A stretch of DNA of 64,000 bases from an uncultured Gemmatimonadales bacterium (GCA_963716255.1 OY970303.1:4000001-4064000); one strand, 5' to 3'. Shown: positions 9,473 to 19,346, numbered from the stretch's first letter. Made by a program: numbers and translations. The notes: a model not told the origin generated them from the letters alone.

Positions 9473-9691
9473 CTACAGGTCGTTCAGGTCCTTGGCGGTG
9501 CGGGCGGCGTCGCGGCGGGCGCTGGCCTCGCGCAGCGCTTCCTCGGCGCGCACCTGGTCCTGCTCGGCGCGGCCCTCCATCTGGTCCAGGCGCCCCTCGC
9601 GCTCCAGCTCGCGGTCGCCCAGCAGGTCGCCGAGCCCTTCCTTGAGCTTGCCGCCCAGGTGCTTGCCCTTGCCGCTCATGTCATCGGCCAT
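9473..9691 (-). CDS. CsbD-like general stress protein
   Basis: MADDMSGKGKHLGGKLKEGLGDLLGDRELEREGRLDQMEG; AAGGAG RBS. Confidence 0.8.
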   Translation of the reverse strand: MADDMSGKGKHLGGKLKEGLGDLLGDRELEREGRLDQMEGRAEQDQVRAEEALREASARRDAARTAKDLNDL

Positions 9692-9743
9692 GATGGACTC
9701 CTTGGTCAGTGGGTTCGCGTGAAGCCTTGTATGTCGTGGAGGG

Positions 9744-9759
9744 GGCAAGGTTTGTGCCC
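9744..9759 (-). promoter_or_regulatory. Putative sigma54 promoter of the csbD-like gene
   Basis: GGGCACAAACCTTGCC = GG-N10-GC with GGCAC/TTGC cores. Confidence 0.5.
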
Positions 9760-9870
9760 GGTCCCAGGCGTTCCCGCGCGGGGCTGGGCTGGCCTGGAGA
9801 TTGCACGGCCGCGACCGTTCGGCTCTTCTGCTCCCGGGCTCCGGGGCTTCACCGAACCCGGGGGACGGAG

Positions 9871-10446
9871 TTGGCGGAACAGGAAGCGAGCGGGGGCCCG
9901 CCGGCGCCGTGGGAGCTGCTGCGTTCGGAGCGCCTGGCGGATTACGAGATGTTCGCGGTGCGCCGGGACCGGGCGCGCTCTCCGCGCAACGGGACGGAGC
10001 AGGACTTCCACTTCGTGGAGGCGCCGGACGGGGTGGCGCTGGTGGCCACCACGGCCGCGGGCGAGCTGGTGCTGGTGGAGCAGTTCCGCCACCCGCTGCG
10101 CCGCGTCACCCTGGAAACGCCCAGCGGGGTCATGGACCGGGGCGAGTCGCCGGTGGAGGCCGGGCTCCGCGAGCTGCGCGAGGAGACCGGCTACCTGGCC
10201 GGGCACGCCGAACACGTGGGAACGCTGACGCTCAACCCCTCGTGGCAGACCACGCGGGTGCACGTGGTGGTCGTGCGCGACGCCCGCCCCCGCGCCGAGC
10301 CGGAGCCCGACGAGGCCGAGGACCTGCGCGTGCGGCTGCTCCCCGCGGGCGAGGTGGAGCGGCGCGTGGCCGCCGGCGAGATCGACGCGTGCGTTTCCGT
10401 GGCGGCGCTGGCGCTGGCCCGCTGGGGACCGGGGGGAGCGCCGTGA
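9871..10446 (+). CDS. NUDIX hydrolase (ADP-ribose pyrophosphatase-like)
   Basis: Nudix box GVMDRGESPVEAGLRELREETG; LVEQFRHP; TTG start uncertain. Confidence 0.85.
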   Translation: MAEQEASGGPPAPWELLRSERLADYEMFAVRRDRARSPRNGTEQDFHFVEAPDGVALVATTAAGELVLVEQFRHPLRRVTLETPSGVMDRGESPVEAGLRELREETGYLAGHAEHVGTLTLNPSWQTTRVHVVVVRDARPRAEPEPDEAEDLRVRLLPAGEVERRVAAGEIDACVSVAALALARWGPGGAP

Positions 10447-10517
10447 ACCGTGCGGCTCCCTTGCGGTACAGGGGGAAGCGAACGTACTCATATACAATCG
10501 TTGGACGCGGCACCCAT

Positions 10518-10841
10518 ATGTTCGTCTTCATCTCGCACCTGTCCGTTCCGGAGGAGGACCGGGAGTCGCTGGAGCGCCACTTCCGGGAGCGGTCGGGGCT
10601 GGTGGACGGCTTCCCCGGCTTCCTCTACCTCCAGCTGCTGCGCCCCCAGTCCGGCCCCGCCTCCCACACCTTTCTCACCGCGTGGGAGGACCGCGAGGCG
10701 TTCCGCAGCTACATGCGCAGCCGCGAGCACGCGGCGTCGCACTCGCGCGAGCCCGCGGACATCATGGGCCGGACCGAGGTGAGCCACGAAGCGTACGAGG
10801 TGCTGATGGACTCGCGGAGGATGCCGGAATGGGTGGCGTAG
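10518..10841 (+). CDS. Antibiotic biosynthesis monooxygenase (ABM/IsdG-like) protein
   Basis: FRERSGLVDGFPGF, TAWEDREAFRSYMRSREHAASH. Confidence 0.8.
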   Translation: MFVFISHLSVPEEDRESLERHFRERSGLVDGFPGFLYLQLLRPQSGPASHTFLTAWEDREAFRSYMRSREHAASHSREPADIMGRTEVSHEAYEVLMDSRRMPEWVA

Positions 10842-11494
10842 CCCCCGCGGCCGGGGAGGTCACCCGCGAGTACCTGGAGGCGGTGCTCGCCGGCGACCGG
10901 CGCCGCGCCTTCGCGGTGCTGGACCGGGCGCGCGGCGCGGGGCTCGGCCACCGCGAGATGTACCTCGCGGTGTTCCAGCCGGCGCTGCGCGAGGTGGGGC
11001 GGCTCTGGGAAGAGAACCGCATCTCCGTGGCGGACGAGCACCTGGCCACCGCCATCACCCAGGCCGCCATGGCCCGCCTGTACGACGACCTGTTCACGCT
11101 GTCGCGGCAGCGCGGGCCGCTGCTGATCGCCGCGTGCGCGGACTCGGAAAGGCACGAGCTGGGGCTGCGCATGATCTGCGACCTGCTGGAGCTGGAGGGG
11201 TGGGACACCGTCTTCCTGGGCGCCACCACCCCCATCGACAGCCTGCTGGAGATGGTGGAGGCGCGCCGCCCCGCGGTGGTCGCGCTCTCCGCCTCCATCT
11301 CCCCGCACCTGGGCCGCGTGCGGGAAGCGATCCGCGTGATCCGCGAGCGCCTGGGCGACCGGGCGCCGGTGATCGCGGTGGGCGGCCGTCCGTTCATGGA
11401 GGACCCGGAGCTCGCCGGCCGGGTCGGCGCCGACCTCACCGCCATGGACGCGGTGGAGGCGGTGAAGCTGCTGCAGGAGAGAGTCGCCGCATGA
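10829..11494 (+). CDS. Stand-alone cobalamin-binding domain protein (CarH-type, no DNA-binding domain)
   Basis: QPALREVGRLWEENRISVADEH (W-x9-EH), ERHELG, FLGA, VGG; overlaps both neighbours. Confidence 0.85.
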   Translation: MGGVAPAAGEVTREYLEAVLAGDRRRAFAVLDRARGAGLGHREMYLAVFQPALREVGRLWEENRISVADEHLATAITQAAMARLYDDLFTLSRQRGPLLIAACADSERHELGLRMICDLLELEGWDTVFLGATTPIDSLLEMVEARRPAVVALSASISPHLGRVREAIRVIRERLGDRAPVIAVGGRPFMEDPELAGRVGADLTAMDAVEAVKLLQERVAA

Positions 11495-12822
11495 GCACTC
11501 ACGCCGGGACCGGTCTTCACGCCTCCCTCCGCGCCTTCCCGGCCGCGGTGCTGGAGCTGTCCCCGGACGGGACGGTGACGGACTCCAACGGCCGCATGGA
11601 GACGGCGCTGGGCCGCCCGCTGGTGGGAGGGCCGCTGGCCGGCGTGCTGGACCGCGCTTCGGCGCACAGGCTGGAGCGGGTGCTCGCCGGGGCGGAGGCC
11701 GGGGAGGGCTGGGAGCTGATGTTCGAGGGCGCGGACGCCGTGCTCCCCCTCGCCTTCGCCGTGACCCGCACCGCCGACGACGGGCGGGAGCGCCTGTGGC
11801 TGGTGGAGCTGCCGCGCGACGCGCGGGGCTCGCGGCTCCACGAGGAGCTGCACGAGACGAACTCGGAGCTGGTGAACACCAAGCGCGAGCTTTCCAAGGA
11901 GAAGGTCCGGCTGGTGCGGGCGCTGGACGAGCTGGAGCGCGAGCTCCACGAGAACGAGCGCCTGTCGCAGGAGTTCCAGCGCCAGAACGAGGAGATGGAG
12001 GCGCAGAACGAGGAGCTCCTCGCCATGACGGAGGAGCTGCACGCGGGCCAGGACCAGCTCCTCCAGCTCAACCACCAGCTGGAGCGCCGCACCCGCGAGC
12101 TGCAGATCGCCATCAGCGCCCGCAACCGCTTCTACGCGGCGATGAGCCACGAGCTGCGCACCCCGATCAACGCGATCATGGGGTACAACGACCTGCTCCT
12201 GGCCTCGGTGTACGGGCGCCTGGCCGAGCAGCAGGAGCTGGCGATCGAGCGCTCGCAGCGGGCCGCGCGCCACCTGCGGGAGCTGGTGGGCGACATCCTG
12301 GACATCTCGCGCATCGAGCTGGGCAAGTTCGACGTGCAGCCGGAAACGGTGGAGCTGCCGCGGCTGGTGGAGGACCTGTTCGCGGCGGTGCGGCCGCTGG
12401 CGGACGGCCGGGGCTCCACGCTCCACCTGATGGGCGGCGACGAGCCCTGCCGGGTGGTCAGCGACCCGCGCCGGGTGCGGCAGATCGTGCTCAACCTGCT
12501 TTCCAACGCCATCAAGTTCGGCAACGGCAAGCCCGTGTGGGTGCGCTGCGGCCGGGCGTCCGAGGGCGGCGTGGAGGTGGAGGTGGTGGACGGCGGCGAC
12601 GGGATCCCGCCGGAGGACCTGGGCCGCATCTTCGAGGACTTCGTGCAGCTGGGGACGGAGGTGATCGGCGGGGCGGAGGGGACGGGGCTGGGGCTCCCGA
12701 TCTCGCGGCGCCTGGCGCACCTCCTGGGCGGCAGGCTGGAAGTGAGCTCCACCGTGGGGCTGGGGAGCACGTTCCGGCTGGTGCTGCCGCCCTCCATCCC
12801 CGCGGTCCGCGCCTCGGTCTGA
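11491..12822 (+). CDS. Cytoplasmic sensor histidine kinase (PAS-like, coiled coil, HisKA, HATPase)
   Basis: MSHELRTPINAI, NLLSNAIKF, DGGDGI, GTGLGL; ATGA overlap with upstream stop. Confidence 0.9.
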   Translation: MSTHAGTGLHASLRAFPAAVLELSPDGTVTDSNGRMETALGRPLVGGPLAGVLDRASAHRLERVLAGAEAGEGWELMFEGADAVLPLAFAVTRTADDGRERLWLVELPRDARGSRLHEELHETNSELVNTKRELSKEKVRLVRALDELERELHENERLSQEFQRQNEEMEAQNEELLAMTEELHAGQDQLLQLNHQLERRTRELQIAISARNRFYAAMSHELRTPINAIMGYNDLLLASVYGRLAEQQELAIERSQRAARHLRELVGDILDISRIELGKFDVQPETVELPRLVEDLFAAVRPLADGRGSTLHLMGGDEPCRVVSDPRRVRQIVLNLLSNAIKFGNGKPVWVRCGRASEGGVEVEVVDGGDGIPPEDLGRIFEDFVQLGTEVIGGAEGTGLGLPISRRLAHLLGGRLEVSSTVGLGSTFRLVLPPSIPAVRASV

Positions 12823-12957
12823 CCGCGCCGCGCTGGCCTGCGCCCGCGGGTCGCGCTATCTTCACCGTGACATTTCCGGCATTTCCCGCGGCGCGCCCCC
12901 GGTCCGGAGGCGCCGCGCGGGGCACGCCGCATCCAGGAACCGCAACGAAACCGGTGC

Positions 12958-13644
12958 ATGGCGGCTGAGCAGGAGGGTAGGACCGCGGATCGCGACGGCG
13001 ACCGCCGTGGGCCCGACCGGCGGGGTGGCGACCGGCGCGCCCTGGAACGGCGGACTCCCGCGCCGGTCTGGCGCCGCCCCTGGGCACTCGTCTCCTACGG
13101 GGTGCTGGGCGCTCTTGCCCTGGTCCTCGTCGTCGATTCCATGTCGGGCGATGACGACGGTCCACCCGAGGGGGCCGTGATCGCCGCGGGCCCGGTGGCG
13201 CCGGCGGCGGACTCCACGCCCGCGCCCGCGGCCGCGCAGCCCCCGCAGGATGCCTTCGCCACGGCGGACTTCGAGCGGCTGGTGATCGAGGGGCAGGACG
13301 CGCGGGGCCGCAGGGTGCGCACCGAGCTGTACTGCGACACGCCGGACCCGGTCGCCCTGCGCCAGGGGATTCCCAACGCGGAGAGCGCCATCCTGGCGCT
13401 GCGCGACAGCATGGGGCGCGTCCCCGGCGCGGACTGCAAGTGGGGCGCGCGCGGCGACGAGCGCCGCCAGGACTTCCTCCTCCTGGTCCCGGCGGACCTG
13501 GCGGACGACTTCGCCGCGGCGCCGGTGACCACGGACGAGTTCGTGCGCCGCCGCCGTCTGCTGGCGGAGGTGGAGTGGATCGGCCGCTCCGAGATCGTGG
13601 CGCTCCGCACCGTGGGTGTCCTGCGCCGCGTCCTCACCCCCTGA
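12958..13644 (+). CDS. Hypothetical single-TM protein with N-terminal DRR repeats
   Basis: GDRRGPDRRGGDRRALERR then hydrophobic segment ALVSYGVLGALALVLVV. Confidence 0.7.
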   Translation: MAAEQEGRTADRDGDRRGPDRRGGDRRALERRTPAPVWRRPWALVSYGVLGALALVLVVDSMSGDDDGPPEGAVIAAGPVAPAADSTPAPAAAQPPQDAFATADFERLVIEGQDARGRRVRTELYCDTPDPVALRQGIPNAESAILALRDSMGRVPGADCKWGARGDERRQDFLLLVPADLADDFAAAPVTTDEFVRRRRLLAEVEWIGRSEIVALRTVGVLRRVLTP

Positions 13645-13736
13645 CGCCGGCTGGTCCCCGCGCGCGGCCGCCCGCACTCCGGGCGGCCGCGCGCGCTTTT
13701 TTCCCGGAGCTTCCTCCAGCCTCCAGCCTTTTCCCG

Positions 13737-14945
13737 ATGTCCGCGGCCCCGCACGACCCCGATCCGCTCCTGGAGCGCGCGCGCCGCCTCCACCGCGAGG
13801 CCCCGCTGGTGGACGGGCACAACGACCTGCCCTTCGAGGTCCGCGTGAAGGGGGGTGGCGACCTGGAGCGCATGGACCCGGACGGCCCGCTCCCGGCGCA
13901 GCACACGGACGTGCCGCGGCTGCGCGAGGGCGGGGTGGGCGGGGTGTTCTGGGCGGCGTACGTGCCGCCGACGCTGGCCGGCAGCGGAGCGGCGCGCTTC
14001 GCGCTGGAGCAGATCGGGCTGGTCCACGCCATGACGGAGCGCTCGCCGCACCTGGAGCTGGCCCGCACGGCGGCGGACGTGGCGCGCATCCACGGGGAGG
14101 GCCACATCGCCTCGCTGATCGGGGTGGAGGGCGGGCACGCGATCGAGAACTCGCTGGACACGCTGCGGGGCTTCGCGGAGCTGGGGGTGCGCTACCTGAC
14201 GCTCACCCACGCCGACACCATCGAGTGGGCGGACGCGGCGACGGACGAGGAGCGCCACGGCGGCCTGACGCGCTTCGGCGAGGAGGTGGTGCGGGAGATG
14301 AACCGGCTGGGGATGCTGGTGGACCTGTCGCACGTGTCGGCGGCCACCATGCGCCACGCTCTCCGCGTCACGGAGGCGCCGGTGGTGTTCTCGCACTCGG
14401 GCGTGTGCGGGGTGGCGGAGCACGCGCGCAACGTCCCGGACGACGTGCTGGAGCGGGTGAGGGAGAACGGCGGGGTGGTGATGGTCAACTTCTACCCGGG
14501 CTTCGTGGAGCCGCGCGGGGCGGAGATCATGCGCGACATGTTCGACGTGCAGCGCGCCATCCGCGACCGCCACCCGGACGACTCGCACCGCGCCTGGCGG
14601 GAGTTCGAGGAGTGGCGGAGCGCGCACCCGGTGCCGCGCGGCACGGTGGCGACGCTGGCCGACCACGTGGACCACGTCGTCCGGGTGGCGGGGATCGACC
14701 ACGCGGGGCTGGGCTCGGACTTCGACGGGGTCACGGCGCTCCCGGAGGGGATGGAGGACGTGTCCCGCTACCCCTGGCTCACCGCGGAGCTGCTGCGGCG
14801 GGGCTACTCCGACGACGACGCGAAGAAGGTGATGGGCGGCAACGTGCTGCGGGTGCTGCGCGAGGCGGAGGAGTTGGCGGAGCGGCTCCGCGAGGAGCGC
14901 GGCCCCTCGCGGGCGACGATCGCGGAGCTGGACGGCGCCCGGTAG
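13737..14945 (+). CDS. Membrane dipeptidase (M19 family)
   Basis: LVDGHNDLP, GVEGGH, YLTLTH, EMNRLGMLVDLSH, FSHS, GLGSDFDG. Confidence 0.92.
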   Translation: MSAAPHDPDPLLERARRLHREAPLVDGHNDLPFEVRVKGGGDLERMDPDGPLPAQHTDVPRLREGGVGGVFWAAYVPPTLAGSGAARFALEQIGLVHAMTERSPHLELARTAADVARIHGEGHIASLIGVEGGHAIENSLDTLRGFAELGVRYLTLTHADTIEWADAATDEERHGGLTRFGEEVVREMNRLGMLVDLSHVSAATMRHALRVTEAPVVFSHSGVCGVAEHARNVPDDVLERVRENGGVVMVNFYPGFVEPRGAEIMRDMFDVQRAIRDRHPDDSHRAWREFEEWRSAHPVPRGTVATLADHVDHVVRVAGIDHAGLGSDFDGVTALPEGMEDVSRYPWLTAELLRRGYSDDDAKKVMGGNVLRVLREAEELAERLREERGPSRATIAELDGAR

Positions 14946-15140
14946 CCCGGATTTCCGGAAGCGAAACGGGACGACCCCCGCGCCGGACGCTCCGGCGCGG
15001 GGGTCTTCGTATCGTTGCGGGGCAGGCGGGCCCTCCCCCGGCTCTGCGCGTGGGGTCGGGCGCGGGGCTGCTCTCCGGAAAGAGTCAATGCCCTCCCACC
15101 CCGGCCACACCCCCGACTCTTTCCTCCGACCACCCCCGCA

Positions 15141-15252
15141 CCCTCCCGGCGAGCATCGCTGGACGGCGACTGCCCGGCTGTTCTCCCCCTCTCCCGCTTG
15201 CGGGGGAGGGGGCCGCGGGGGAGGGGACACGCCCGAACCCGCCGTCAAGCAG
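15141..15252 (+). repeat. Composite of family D end, family C palindrome and 3' remnant of family A
   Basis: CCCTCCCGGCGAGCATCG..., CTCCCCCTCTCCCGCTTGCGGGGGAGGGG, then CACGCCCGAACCCGCCGT (A tail). Confidence 0.7.
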
Positions 15253-15495
15253 TCAGGCGACCCCGGCCTCCGTCTTGGCCCACGCGAGCCGCCGGTGCAG
15301 CTCCTTCTCGCTCATGGTGCCGATGGCGAAGTCCGCGGCCTCGATGCTGTTGAAGCTCACCGTGGTGCGGATGGGCTCGCCGGCCCCTCCCTCCGGGCGG
15401 AACGCCAGCGTGGCGCCCTGCTTCAGGTGGGCGCCGGTGCTTTCCGCCGCCACCACTTCCCAGGCCCTGCCGTCCTCGTCCGTGATCGTGCGCAT
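15253..15495 (-). CDS. Small hypothetical protein (80 aa)
   Basis: MRTITDEDGRAWEV...; GAGG RBS; typical codon usage. Confidence 0.7.
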   Translation of the reverse strand: MRTITDEDGRAWEVVAAESTGAHLKQGATLAFRPEGGAGEPIRTTVSFNSIEAADFAIGTMSEKELHRRLAWAKTEAGVA

Positions 15496-15569
15496 CCGTC
15501 CCTCGGGGTCGTGAACTGGTCGTGTGGGCCGGCGCGCGGCCGGCCGGATGGTTTTCGCGGTGCGGGGGC

Positions 15570-16691
15570 TCAGCGCAGCTCGGCCACCAGCGCCTCGCCG
15601 AGCGCCTCCACCTGCCAGCGGCGCACGCCGGGGACGCTCAGCATCTCCTCCGGGGAGCCGGGCATGGCCCGCGCCAGGTCCTCCAGCATGGCCTTGGACA
15701 TCATGAAGCCGGGGTCCAGCCCCAGCTGGTCGGCGCGGCGGTTGCGGGCGTGCTTGAGGGCTTCCACGCGCGCTTCGTGCTCGGGGTCGCGCTCCCAGCG
15801 GCGCGCGGCGGGGAAGCGCGGCAGCTCGCCCTCGGGCACCTCAAGCCCGCGCGTGACGGCGGCCAGGATGTCGCGGCCGCGGCGCTGCGCCAGGCCCTCG
15901 GAGATGCCGCTGATCTCGGGGAGCTCCCTGACGGTGCGGGGCGCGCGGGCGCTCAGCTCGATCAGCGCCTGGTTGGCGAGGACGCGGAAGGTGGCCTGGT
16001 CGCGCTCGCGGGCCACCTCGTCGCGCCACGCGTACAGCTCGCGCAGGATGGCGAGCCCGCGCGGGGCCAGGTCGCGCGCGCCCTTGACGCGGAGGAACGC
16101 TTCGCGGTCGGCGTCGGGCTCGGCCCAGCGGGTCTGCTCGCGGCGGCGGAACTCCTCCTCGGCCCAGGCGAGCCGGCCCACGGCCTCCAGCTCCTGGCGC
16201 AGCCGGTCGCGCAGCGCGGGGAGGTGGGCGGTGTCGGTGGCGGCGTAGTCCATCATCCCCTGCGACAGGGGGCGCTCCGCCCAGTCGGCGCGCTGGAACT
16301 CCTTGGGGAGCTTGAGGCCCAGGTACTTTTCCACGATGTTGCCCAGCCCCAGCGAGCGCTCGCCCAGGAAGGCGGCGGCGATCTGGGTGTCGAACAGGCC
16401 GGCGAGGCCCATTCCCGCGTCGCGGTCCAGGATGCGCAGGTCGTAGTCGGCGTCGTGGAAGATCTTTTCCACGGCCGGGTCTTCGAAGAGCGGCTTGAGC
16501 GGCGAGACGTCGAACGCCAGCGGGTCGATCAGGAAGTTCTCCTCGCGCGAGGAGAGCTGGATCAGGCTCAGCCGGTCCAGGAAGCGGTGGTACCCGGCGG
16601 CCTCCGTGTCGGCGGCGATCAGGGGGAGGCCGCGGAGGCGCTCGATCACGCGCTCCAGGTGCTCCGGGGTCTCGACGTATTCGTATCTCAC
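15570..16691 (-). CDS. rnd: Ribonuclease D
   Basis: IAADTE (ExoI), KIFHDADYD, LFDTQIAA, DWAERPLS..YAATD, HRDC domain; GTG start inferred. Confidence 0.9.
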   Translation of the reverse strand: MRYEYVETPEHLERVIERLRGLPLIAADTEAAGYHRFLDRLSLIQLSSREENFLIDPLAFDVSPLKPLFEDPAVEKIFHDADYDLRILDRDAGMGLAGLFDTQIAAAFLGERSLGLGNIVEKYLGLKLPKEFQRADWAERPLSQGMMDYAATDTAHLPALRDRLRQELEAVGRLAWAEEEFRRREQTRWAEPDADREAFLRVKGARDLAPRGLAILRELYAWRDEVARERDQATFRVLANQALIELSARAPRTVRELPEISGISEGLAQRRGRDILAAVTRGLEVPEGELPRFPAARRWERDPEHEARVEALKHARNRRADQLGLDPGFMMSKAMLEDLARAMPGSPEEMLSVPGVRRWQVEALGEALVAELR

Positions 16692-16851
16692 TCTGGGTCC
16701 GGTTCGGGGTCGCCGGATAATCGCCCTCCGGCGGTGCCCCCGCAAGAGTTCCGCCACCCGCGGCGGGTTGCTGGGGCTTCGCGCGGCGCCCTATGTTGCG
16801 GGCGCTCTCCGGTTCCCGCCGGCCCTTTTACAGCCGCTCTCCCCGCACGCC

Positions 16852-18447
16852 ATGACCCGCAGCCGCACGCCCCGGCCCGACCTGGTCGTCCTCGCCCGCC
16901 GCATCCACCTGCTGGGCGACGCGCCGCCCGTGGCGGCGCTCCTGGTGCGCGGCGGCCGGGTGGCCGCGGCGGGCACCGAGGCGGAGATGCGCGCGGCGGC
17001 GCTCCCCGGGGCGCGGGTGGAGGACCTCGGCGGGGCCGTGGTGACGCCGGGGCTGACGGACGCGCACGTGCACCTGACGATGTGGGCGCTGGCCCGCCGC
17101 CGGGTGGAGCTGGGCGGCGCGCGCACCGTGGAGGAGGGGTTGGAGCGGGTGCGTGCCGCCGCGGCGTCGGGCAGCGGCTGGATCCGCGGGCTGGGGTGGG
17201 ACGTGCACCGCTGGGGCGGCCTCCCCACCCGGGAGGCGCTGGACCGGGCCGCCCCGGACCGGCCCGTGTACCTGGAGAGCCACGACATCCACGCGGCGTG
17301 GGTGAACTCGGCGGCGCTGCGGGCGTGCGGGATCGACGCATCCACTCCCGACCCGGAAGGCGGGACCGTCGTCCGCGACCCCGCCACCGGCGAGCCCACG
17401 GGGATCCTGCTGGAGCACGCCAAGCGCCTGGTGGCCCCCTTTCTCCCCGATCCCTCGCGGGAGGAGGTGAGGGACGCGCTGCTGGACGCCCAGCGCGAGG
17501 TCCACCGGCTGGGGATCACCGGGGTGCACTCGGTGGAGCAGCCCACCGGCCTGGCCGACTTCCAGGACCTGGAGGCGCGCGGCCTGCTGCGCCTGCGGGT
17601 GCTCCAGGCGCTCCCCCTGGCCCTGCTGGACGACGCGGTCCGGCTGGGGCTGCGCAGCGGCTTCGGGGGGGAGTGGATCCGCATCGGCGGGGTGAAGATG
17701 TTCCTGGACGGGGCGCTGGGATCGCGCACGGCGCTGCTGCGGGAGCCGTACGAGGGCACGGCGGACGACCGGGGGATGGAAACGCTGCCGCTGGCCGACT
17801 TCCGGGACGCGGTGCGCAGGGCGGCGGAGGCGGGGATCGCGAGCACCGTGCACGCCATCGGCGACGCGGCAGTGGAGCGCGCGCTGGAGGTGCTGGGCGA
17901 AGCCCCCCGCGTGGCGGCGATGCCGCACCGCGTGGAGCACCTGCAGCTGTGTCCGCCGGAGCTGTGGGGGCGGGCGGCGCGGGCGGGGATCGTGGCGTCC
18001 ATGCAGCCGGTGCACTTGCTCAGCGACGTGTTCCCGGCGGAGCGCCACTGGGGTCACGCCCGCTCGCGCGGCGCCTACGCCTTCGCGCCGCTGCTGCGCG
18101 CGGGGACGACGCTGGCGTTCGGGTCGGACGTTCCGGTGGAGACGGTGGACCCGCGGCCGGGGCTGTTCGCGGCCACCAAGCGGGTGAGCTGGGACGGCGA
18201 GCCGGCGGGCGAGTGGTACCCGGAGCATCGCCTGACGGCGGAGGAGGCGGTGCGCGCCTACACCGAGGGCCCCGCCGCCGCCGCGGGCGAAGCGGACCGG
18301 CGCGGCCGGCTCCTCCCGGGCTACGACGCGGACCTGGCCGCCTGGGACACGGACCCGCTGGCCGCCTCGCCCGAGGAGCTGCGCGGGATGCGCTGTCTGC
18401 TCACCCTGGTGGGCGGCGAGACGGTGCACCGGGACGGTGCCGCGTGA
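16852..18447 (+). CDS. Amidohydrolase (YtcJ-like, amidohydro_3)
   Basis: PGLTDAHVH, KMFLDGALGSRTA, HAIGD, RVEH, FGSDVPV. Confidence 0.9.
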   Translation: MTRSRTPRPDLVVLARRIHLLGDAPPVAALLVRGGRVAAAGTEAEMRAAALPGARVEDLGGAVVTPGLTDAHVHLTMWALARRRVELGGARTVEEGLERVRAAAASGSGWIRGLGWDVHRWGGLPTREALDRAAPDRPVYLESHDIHAAWVNSAALRACGIDASTPDPEGGTVVRDPATGEPTGILLEHAKRLVAPFLPDPSREEVRDALLDAQREVHRLGITGVHSVEQPTGLADFQDLEARGLLRLRVLQALPLALLDDAVRLGLRSGFGGEWIRIGGVKMFLDGALGSRTALLREPYEGTADDRGMETLPLADFRDAVRRAAEAGIASTVHAIGDAAVERALEVLGEAPRVAAMPHRVEHLQLCPPELWGRAARAGIVASMQPVHLLSDVFPAERHWGHARSRGAYAFAPLLRAGTTLAFGSDVPVETVDPRPGLFAATKRVSWDGEPAGEWYPEHRLTAEEAVRAYTEGPAAAAGEADRRGRLLPGYDADLAAWDTDPLAASPEELRGMRCLLTLVGGETVHRDGAA

Positions 18448-19223
18448 CGCCCGAGGGGCTGGAGCGTGCCGTCGGCTGGCTGGCGGACGCCCGCCGCGTG
18501 GTGGCCTCCACCGGGGCGGGGATGTCCAGGGAGAGCGGCATTCCCACCTTCCGCGACGCGCTGGAGGGATTGTGGGAGCGCTACGACCCCGAGACGCTGG
18601 CGACGGAGCGCGGCTTCCGCGCGGACCCGCCGCTGGTGTGGAGCTGGTACGCGGAGCGGCGCCGGCAGATCGTGGCGTGCCGGCCGCACGCGGGCCACCT
18701 CGCGCTGGCGGAGATGGACGCGCTGCTCCCCTCGCTGGTCGTGCTCACCCAGAACATCGACGGCCTGCACGCCGCCGCCGGCTCGCGCGACGTGGTGGAA
18801 TTGCACGGCAGCATCCGCCGGGTGAAGTGCCTGGACGCGCACCACCCCTTCGCGGGCGAGGTCCCGGACGCGGAGGGCGCCCCGCCGGTCTGCCCGCGGT
18901 GCGGCTCGCCGCTGCGCCCGGACGTGGTGTGGTTCGGCGAGGTGCTCCCGGAGGAGGCGATGGAGCGCGCCTGGATCCTCGCCGAGATGTGCGACGTGAT
19001 GCTGGTGGTGGGCACCTCCGGCCTGGTGTTCCCCGCCGCCGACATCCCCCGCGCCGCAAAGGCCGCCGGCGCGCGCATCGTGGAGGTGAACCCCCACCCC
19101 AGCGGCATCACCCCCGTGGCCGACGTGTTCCTGCGCGGCACCGCCGGGGAGGTGCTGCCCATGCTGCTGGAAGGGCTGAAGCGCGCGAAGGCGGAGGCCG
19201 GCGGCCCCCACCCGGCGGCCTGA
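18444..19223 (+). CDS. cobB: NAD-dependent deacylase (sirtuin)
   Basis: TGAGMSRESGIPTFR, TQNIDGLH, ELHGS, LRPDVVWFGE, GTSG; GTGA overlap. Confidence 0.92.
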   Translation: MTPEGLERAVGWLADARRVVASTGAGMSRESGIPTFRDALEGLWERYDPETLATERGFRADPPLVWSWYAERRRQIVACRPHAGHLALAEMDALLPSLVVLTQNIDGLHAAAGSRDVVELHGSIRRVKCLDAHHPFAGEVPDAEGAPPVCPRCGSPLRPDVVWFGEVLPEEAMERAWILAEMCDVMLVVGTSGLVFPAADIPRAAKAAGARIVEVNPHPSGITPVADVFLRGTAGEVLPMLLEGLKRAKAEAGGPHPAA

Positions 19224-19232
19224 GAGCCGCCA

Positions 19233-19338
19233 CCCTCCCCCAATTCTGGGGGAGGGCGTCCTGACCCTCGCCGTCCGACGTGTCGTTGCAGTACTCCCCA
19301 CTCTCCCGCTTGCGGGGGAGGGGGCCGGGGGGAGGGGG
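19233..19338 (+). repeat. Two family C REP-like palindromes
   Basis: CCCTCCCCCAATTCTGGGGGAGGG and CTCTCCCGCTTGCGGGGGAGGGGGCCGGGGGGAGGGGG. Confidence 0.7.
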
Positions 19339-19346
19339 CCGGCCGT

